Positions 58,349 through 64,000 of a stretch of 64,000 nt of DNA are shown piece after piece. The stretch covers positions 1 through 64,000 of IMG/VR virus record IMGVR_UViG_3300032307_000516; one strand, given 5' to 3'. How positions within the stretch are numbered: position 1 is the first letter of the stretch; the number at the start of each line of letters is the position of its first letter. This DNA comes from a virus. Made by a program: the position numbers and the translations under genes. The notes under the pieces were generated by a model. The model had not been told where the DNA came from. It saw only the letters and a list, made by a program, of their open reading frames with translations, and did no database searches.

Positions 58349-58701
58349 TCTACGTAAAAAACAAAGAACTAAAAAGAGCACTTTTAGAAAGCAAAGAAAA
58401 AGGCCAGCTCACAGGAGAAACCGTTGAAATGTTTACACTTATAGTAAACGGTATGTCCAAAACCCATTCCTATAGAGATAACGAAGACAGAGAAGACTGT
58501 ATATCCTCAGGATTAGAGGATTTAGTTAAATACTGGAATCGTTACGATCCAGCAAAATCGGATAATCCATTTGCATTCATATCTCAAATAGCACACAACG
58601 GGATGAAAAAAGGATGGAAAAAAATTCACCCACCAAAATCAATTAAAACTATTCCTTTCTCGAGAATAGTAAGAGAAGAGAACTCCGTCTATAACGTTTA
58701 A
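58345..58701 (+). CDS. gp55-like late sigma factor (short)
   Basis: YVKNKEL, REDCIS and YDPAKSDNPFAFISQIAHN motifs. Confidence 0.8.
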   Translation: MIYVKNKELKRALLESKEKGQLTGETVEMFTLIVNGMSKTHSYRDNEDREDCISSGLEDLVKYWNRYDPAKSDNPFAFISQIAHNGMKKGWKKIHPPKSIKTIPFSRIVREENSVYNV

Positions 58702-58703
58702 TT

Positions 58704-59192
58704 GTGGATATTAAAAAGTTAAAACCGAATGGAAAGTGGAAGTCTGGTAAATATTTTCCAAACAACCCAGAAAAGTACATCGGTGATATCCATAATATAA
58801 TATACAGAAGCTCTTGGGAAAGAAAATTTTGTCAATATTGTGACATAAATCCTAACATATTAAAATGGAGTTCTGAACCTCTTTCAATACCTTATTGGAG
58901 TCCTATCGATAAGAAAGAGCATAAATATTTTGTTGATTACTATATACAAGTAAAAAAAGCAGATCAAACAATAGAAAATTGGTTTATAGAGATCAAACCT
59001 GAAAATCAATACGACATAACAAAGCGTCCACAAGAACCTACCGGTAATTTAACTGAAAAGAAAATCAGAAATTATAATGAGAAGCTTAAGACGTGGATAA
59101 TAAATAGAGCAAAGTTTGAAGCTGCAACAAGATTTGCCGAAGCAAGAGGTTATAAATTTGGAGCTATCAACGAAAGCTTTATAATGAGATGA
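58704..59192 (+). CDS. gp4-like head completion nuclease
   Basis: NPEKYIGD, YRSSWE, WSSE, EIKP and NRAKF motifs. Confidence 0.92.
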   Translation: MDIKKLKPNGKWKSGKYFPNNPEKYIGDIHNIIYRSSWERKFCQYCDINPNILKWSSEPLSIPYWSPIDKKEHKYFVDYYIQVKKADQTIENWFIEIKPENQYDITKRPQEPTGNLTEKKIRNYNEKLKTWIINRAKFEAATRFAEARGYKFGAINESFIMR

Positions 59193-59782
59193 AACCTTTT
59201 AAAGATCAATTTGAAGATTATCAATTAAGCATTTCTGGATTATCCTCGTTAGCAGAGGAATCTTTTATGTTTTGGTTTAAAAATTTTGTAAACCAGAAGA
59301 GCCAATTTAATCCCCTTGACTTTTTACCTGGTAAATTTTATTCTTTTGAATACAACGATGTATTGGAAAAGAATAAAAAATTCATAAATAAAAGACCAGT
59401 TATATTCTTTACTGGATTTATGAACTACGAGAATAAGCAAGCTTTTAGTGGTATAGATATAATATTGATGCCACCTATTTTTAGGTTAGCATTTTTTTCA
59501 AGAATACAATCTGTTTACCAGGATATAATAGAATCTAACATAAGAAAGGTAGAGAATGGAGAGAATCTCGGGCAAATGCCTCTTAAGACTGATTACGAAA
59601 CTCTAGATATCATTATGAAAGGCATACCATATAAAAATACATATAGGGCATGGGATTTAAAAAAAGTTCGTGATGTAATGGAAATTCCCTACGAAGATTG
59701 GACTAGAATAGTATATCTACATACTAGGTCAATTCAAGGGACCCCGATAGAAGAGATATATACTAAAAACTCAAAGATCTAA
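59189..59782 (+). CDS. gp2-like DNA end protector
   Basis: PGKFYSFEY, PVIF and EIPYEDW motifs; follows gp4. Confidence 0.65.
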   Translation: MKPFKDQFEDYQLSISGLSSLAEESFMFWFKNFVNQKSQFNPLDFLPGKFYSFEYNDVLEKNKKFINKRPVIFFTGFMNYENKQAFSGIDIILMPPIFRLAFFSRIQSVYQDIIESNIRKVENGENLGQMPLKTDYETLDIIMKGIPYKNTYRAWDLKKVRDVMEIPYEDWTRIVYLHTRSIQGTPIEEIYTKNSKI

Positions 59783-61404
59783 TGGCTGGATTTACAGACG
59801 GAAATAAAACTTTTTTTAGCTCTATCGTTGATAGTATTAAAAAGGTTAGTAGCTTCGGGATGGCTTATGAGGATCTTGTTATAAAGAATTCGCAAGCTGT
59901 AGGTGTTACTGAAGCACAATTCTTACAAAAAGGAGGTATCAAAGATGAGGCTTTCCTTTTTGGATTAAGAAGAGCTGATACCTCAACAAAACAGTATATA
60001 GCTTATTTCGATAAGGATTATAAAAACAAAAGACATTACCTACAAGGATTTGCACAGAATCCCGAGATTGAATTTATCTTGGATACCATATGTGACGAAT
60101 CTATTGTATATGACGAAAAGAACTTCTGGGCTTATTTCTCTTTCATGCAGCACGAAGATGTTGATGAAGAGACATACAAGAAAGTACAAAAGAGATACAG
60201 AGAGATTTACAATCTATTTGGATTCAATCAAGATATTTTAGCTTGGCACCTTTACAGAAAATTCTTAGTAGAAGGTATCTTATCATTCGAAATTGTTTTC
60301 GATAAAAAAGGTAAGAACATCGTAGGATTTAAAGAATTGGATCCAGCATCTCTGGTACCAACTGTAGAGCAACAACCAGATGGAAGCTATATTGATATTT
60401 GGATTCAATATCCAGACAATCCGTCTTTGACAAGAAAACTTTACGATTCTCAGATAATTTATATAAGTTACGCAAAAGGAGGTGGTACATCATCTAGAGT
60501 AAGTTATGTTGAAAGAATGATTAGATCTTTTAACCTCCTGAGAATCATGGAACACACAAGAATCATATGGAACGTGATGAATTCATCATATCGTATGGCA
60601 ATGACAGTTCCTATCGGTACTAAATCACCACAAAAAGCTAAGCAAACTCTCGGAGAACTTATGTCTATCTATAAAGAAGATATAAGATTAAATACAGACA
60701 GTGGAGAATTAACAGTAGACGGAAGACCTAAAATACAATTCTTTAAAAACTATTTAATGCCTTCATCACCTAACGGAACTCCTGATATACAACCTTTAGC
60801 AGGAGCTGGTGATGCAACAGCATTTAGTGATACAACAGCATTAAAATATTTTGCTAATAAACTTCGAATGGATTCAAAAATTCCGGTAACACGATTTGGA
60901 AGGGAAGAATCAGGATCCGAAGGTACAATTACATTCGCAGCAGAGGGGGTTGATCAAGAAGAAATCAGATTTGGTAAATTCATTAACAGATTAAGATCTA
61001 TTTACCAGGACATACTTATGAAGCCTTTATGGGTTCAGTTCTGTTTAGATTTTCCTGAATTAAAGAAAGATTATATCCTTAAATCGGAATTTGGTCTAGA
61101 TTATGTTAAGGAGAACATGTTTAGAGAATCTAAAGATATGGAAGTAATGACCGCAAGAAAGGATCAGGTGATTAAAATATCTGCTCTTAAAAATTCAGAA
61201 GGCAAAAATTACTTCAGTATGGATTTCCTTATAGATCGATTCCTAGGAATGACCAATCAGGATTTATTAGATAATAAAAAAGCTAAAGAAAAAGCTGCCG
61301 AAGCAAAAAAAGAGGCTGAAGGAGCAACAGGAGCTGAAGGAGCTACTGGTGCTGAAGGAGCTACCGGAGGCGAAGAAGGCGGAGGCGAAGAATTCAAATT
61401 ATAA
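59782..61404 (+). CDS. Portal protein (gp20-like), copy 1
   Basis: PEIEFILDTICDE, SYVERMIRSFNLLRIME, KYFANKL and EEIRFGKFINRLR motifs. Confidence 0.9.
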   Translation: MAGFTDGNKTFFSSIVDSIKKVSSFGMAYEDLVIKNSQAVGVTEAQFLQKGGIKDEAFLFGLRRADTSTKQYIAYFDKDYKNKRHYLQGFAQNPEIEFILDTICDESIVYDEKNFWAYFSFMQHEDVDEETYKKVQKRYREIYNLFGFNQDILAWHLYRKFLVEGILSFEIVFDKKGKNIVGFKELDPASLVPTVEQQPDGSYIDIWIQYPDNPSLTRKLYDSQIIYISYAKGGGTSSRVSYVERMIRSFNLLRIMEHTRIIWNVMNSSYRMAMTVPIGTKSPQKAKQTLGELMSIYKEDIRLNTDSGELTVDGRPKIQFFKNYLMPSSPNGTPDIQPLAGAGDATAFSDTTALKYFANKLRMDSKIPVTRFGREESGSEGTITFAAEGVDQEEIRFGKFINRLRSIYQDILMKPLWVQFCLDFPELKKDYILKSEFGLDYVKENMFRESKDMEVMTARKDQVIKISALKNSEGKNYFSMDFLIDRFLGMTNQDLLDNKKAKEKAAEAKKEAEGATGAEGATGAEGATGGEEGGGEEFKL

Positions 61405-61407
61405 GAG

Positions 61408-63057
61408 ATGGCTGGATTTTTAGATAACATAGGTAAATTTAACCCAAACGTATCAAGGATACTAAAAACTATTAGTGGACTTGGATCTTTTGGTATGGAT
61501 TACAAGGACATGGTAATTCAAGACTCTATGGCTATCGGTATATCCGAAGCAGATCTTAGAGAAAGATTTGGATTTAGCGGGGATGATGAGGACTTCATCT
61601 ACAGTATTGCTGCACAAGATACTACGAACAGAAAGTATATTGCATATTTCGATAAGGATTATCCTTTTAAAAGAGACTTCTTAAGAACATTTGCTCTGAA
61701 TGCTGAAATAGAATACATCTTAGACACTATTTGTGATGAGGGTATAGTATATGATGAAAAGAACTTCTTTTGTCACAATGCGATGCTTAGTATGGATTTA
61801 CAGGACGAAGTAATAAAAGCTCTTAGAAAGAATTTCAGAAAGCTATACGTACTTCATAATTTTGCAAACGGATTAACTGCATGGCAATACTTCAGACAGT
61901 TATTAGTAGAAGGATTCTTAGCATTTGAAATAATATATTCTAGTGATGGTAAAGAAATCGTAGGATTTAAAGAATTGGATGCTATAAGTCTTACACCTGC
62001 AGTAGAGAAAAAAGCTGACGGGACTAGAGAAACCATATGGTGGCAGTACTACGGAGAAACGACTAGACAAAGAAGATTGTTAGATGCGCAAGTTATTTAT
62101 ATCTCTTATGCTAAAGCAAATACTGTTTCTAGAACTTCTTATGTTGAACGTCTTATCAGATCTTATAACTTATTAAAGATTATGGAGCATTCCAGAATTA
62201 TATGGAATGTGATGAACGCTCAGTATAGAATTAAAATGACGGTTCCTATTGGAAGTAAGTCACCACAAAAGGCAAAAGAGACTTTAGGTGAACTTATGTC
62301 AGTTTACAAAGAGGATATTAAATTAGATACAACTTCGGGGGAACTTGCTATTAATGGCAGGCCTGATCTTCAATTTTACAAAAATTACTTATTTCCTCAG
62401 CAAGGAGGAGATTCAGTTAAAGTTGAAACAATAAATGCACAAGGACCAAACCTAAACGTAATGGATTCTGTTCTTTATTTCTATAACAAACTAAGACAGG
62501 ATTCAAAAATTCCTTACAACAGGTTCTCATCACGATTTGGGGTAGGAGCTAACAACGTATTTCATACCGCTGCAGATGGTGCAGAAAGGGATGAGGTTAG
62601 ATTCTCTAAGTTTATCACTAGATTAAGATCGATATTTCAGGAAATAGTTGTTAAGCCATTATGGATTCAAATGTGTCTTGAATTCCCACATTTAAAAAAC
62701 GATACAGAATTTAGAAGCCAAATAGGTATTAAATTTGAAAGTGATAACACATTCGGGGAATCTAGAGAGATAGAACAATTACTCAAAAAGATAGATTTTG
62801 TAACAGCCCTTGGGGAGATAAAAGAAACTGTTAACGATGAGGAAATACAATACTTTAATCAAGACTTCCTTATTGAAAGATGGCTAGGTCTTCCTAATGA
62901 CGATATACAAATGAATAAAACATATCTGGAAAAAGATAAGGAAGAAGGACAAGGAGCAGCTACTGGAGCAGCACCAGCAGAAGGTGGAGAAGCAGCTACC
63001 GGAGCAGCACCAGCAGAGGGTGAAGCACCAGCAGAAACACCAGCAGAAGGAGCATAA
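61408..63057 (+). CDS. Portal protein (gp20-like), copy 2
   Basis: Full-length paralog with the same motifs (RDEVRFSKFITRLR). Confidence 0.9.
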   Translation: MAGFLDNIGKFNPNVSRILKTISGLGSFGMDYKDMVIQDSMAIGISEADLRERFGFSGDDEDFIYSIAAQDTTNRKYIAYFDKDYPFKRDFLRTFALNAEIEYILDTICDEGIVYDEKNFFCHNAMLSMDLQDEVIKALRKNFRKLYVLHNFANGLTAWQYFRQLLVEGFLAFEIIYSSDGKEIVGFKELDAISLTPAVEKKADGTRETIWWQYYGETTRQRRLLDAQVIYISYAKANTVSRTSYVERLIRSYNLLKIMEHSRIIWNVMNAQYRIKMTVPIGSKSPQKAKETLGELMSVYKEDIKLDTTSGELAINGRPDLQFYKNYLFPQQGGDSVKVETINAQGPNLNVMDSVLYFYNKLRQDSKIPYNRFSSRFGVGANNVFHTAADGAERDEVRFSKFITRLRSIFQEIVVKPLWIQMCLEFPHLKNDTEFRSQIGIKFESDNTFGESREIEQLLKKIDFVTALGEIKETVNDEEIQYFNQDFLIERWLGLPNDDIQMNKTYLEKDKEEGQGAATGAAPAEGGEAATGAAPAEGEAPAETPAEGA

Positions 63058-63147
63058 TATCGGAACTTAGTATTTTAAGCAGAGTATAATAATAGAATAC
63101 TTTTTATTATTAAGTAGGAATTTCTACATTTGCTTAAAATTTGTCCA

Positions 63148-64000
63148 ATGAAAAAAGAACTCAGAATATTACTAGAGATTGAATCGTCGACCGGAAATGG
63201 ATCTCAAAAAATTAAACAGGATCTTATAAAGAATAACTATTCACCAATCCTTGAATATTTTCTAAAAGTTGCATTAGATCCATTCCTTACTACGAAGTTA
63301 CATAAACTAGAAGTAATAGAGGAATCACCATATTTAGTTGGAGATGATTATAATCCATTCGATAAATTCAAAGATCTAACATCTAGGCTTTTTATAGCCC
63401 CAGCTCCCAACGATAAGTTTAGGGAAGAAGCATTCGAATTAGTAAATTGTGTAGATCTTTCGTTTGATGAAAGAAAGATCCTAGGAAAAATCCTAACTAA
63501 AAGATTAAATATTGGTATAGGTGCTAAGCTAATCAATAAGGCTTTTGGTAAAGAAGTTATACCAGATCCTAGTCTAATGCTAGCACAGGATGACGAAGAC
63601 GAAATAAAAAAATGGAGTTCAATCGTGTGTGAAGAAAAATATGATGGAGTTAGAGTTATCGCATTTGTTTCTGGTAAAGAAGTTAAGTTCTACACAAGAG
63701 CATTTAACGAGATTCCTAATCACTATTTAGAAAAAATAGCAGGTGAATGTTTAGGAATGATCAAAAATTCTCAATTACAAGGAGATTGGTTTTTTGATGG
63801 AGAACTTACTGATCTAGATAGAAAGAGTGTATCTGGAAAAGTTAATCAGATGCTAAAAGGGAAACCTATGAATTCCATAGGTGACGAACTTATATTTAAT
63901 GTATTTGATCTGGAAGATGCAGATACTCTTAAAACAGGCAAGGGTATAATTCCGTTTGATATTAGAAGACAATCCCTAGAGGGTGTTTTTAGCACGTATA
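63148..64000 (+). CDS. ATP-dependent DNA ligase, 3'-truncated
   Basis: ATG at 63148; MLA, EEKYDGVR, FFDGEL and VFD motifs; TACATTTG promoter element at 63125. Confidence 0.92.
   Translation, partial: MKKELRILLEIESSTGNGSQKIKQDLIKNNYSPILEYFLKVALDPFLTTKLHKLEVIEESPYLVGDDYNPFDKFKDLTSRLFIAPAPNDKFREEAFELVNCVDLSFDERKILGKILTKRLNIGIGAKLINKAFGKEVIPDPSLMLAQDDEDEIKKWSSIVCEEKYDGVRVIAFVSGKEVKFYTRAFNEIPNHYLEKIAGECLGMIKNSQLQGDWFFDGELTDLDRKSVSGKVNQMLKGKPMNSIGDELIFNVFDLEDADTLKTGKGIIPFDIRRQSLEGVFSTY

Overview
AT-rich segment of a large T4-like (contractile-tailed) phage genome. A Bacteroidota host is likely, because TAnnTTTG promoter elements are present and ribosome-binding regions are A-rich without Shine-Dalgarno motifs. 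The right two-thirds is a T4-type core: UvsX, gp41 helicase, gp47/gp46, gp15, gp14, terminase, sheath, two tail tubes, dCMP deaminase, two sigma factors, gp4, gp2, two tandem portal paralogs and DNA ligase. The left 5-17 kb is an RNA island. It holds a Ro60/TROVE gene, five copies of a Y-RNA-like hairpin family (one carrying a complete circularly permuted tRNA-Lys), two RNA-repair-type HAD phosphatases, 26 canonical tRNAs covering all 20 amino acids in three operons, and several non-canonical tRNA-like RNAs. The main finding is that each tRNA operon is preceded by a short leader ORF, an antiterminator/terminator switch and a boxA-like site, and each leader's codons match the anticodons in its own operon. 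This looks like codon-matched, ribosome-mediated attenuation of phage tRNA operons. All calls come from reading the sequence by eye; no searches or folding programs were run.
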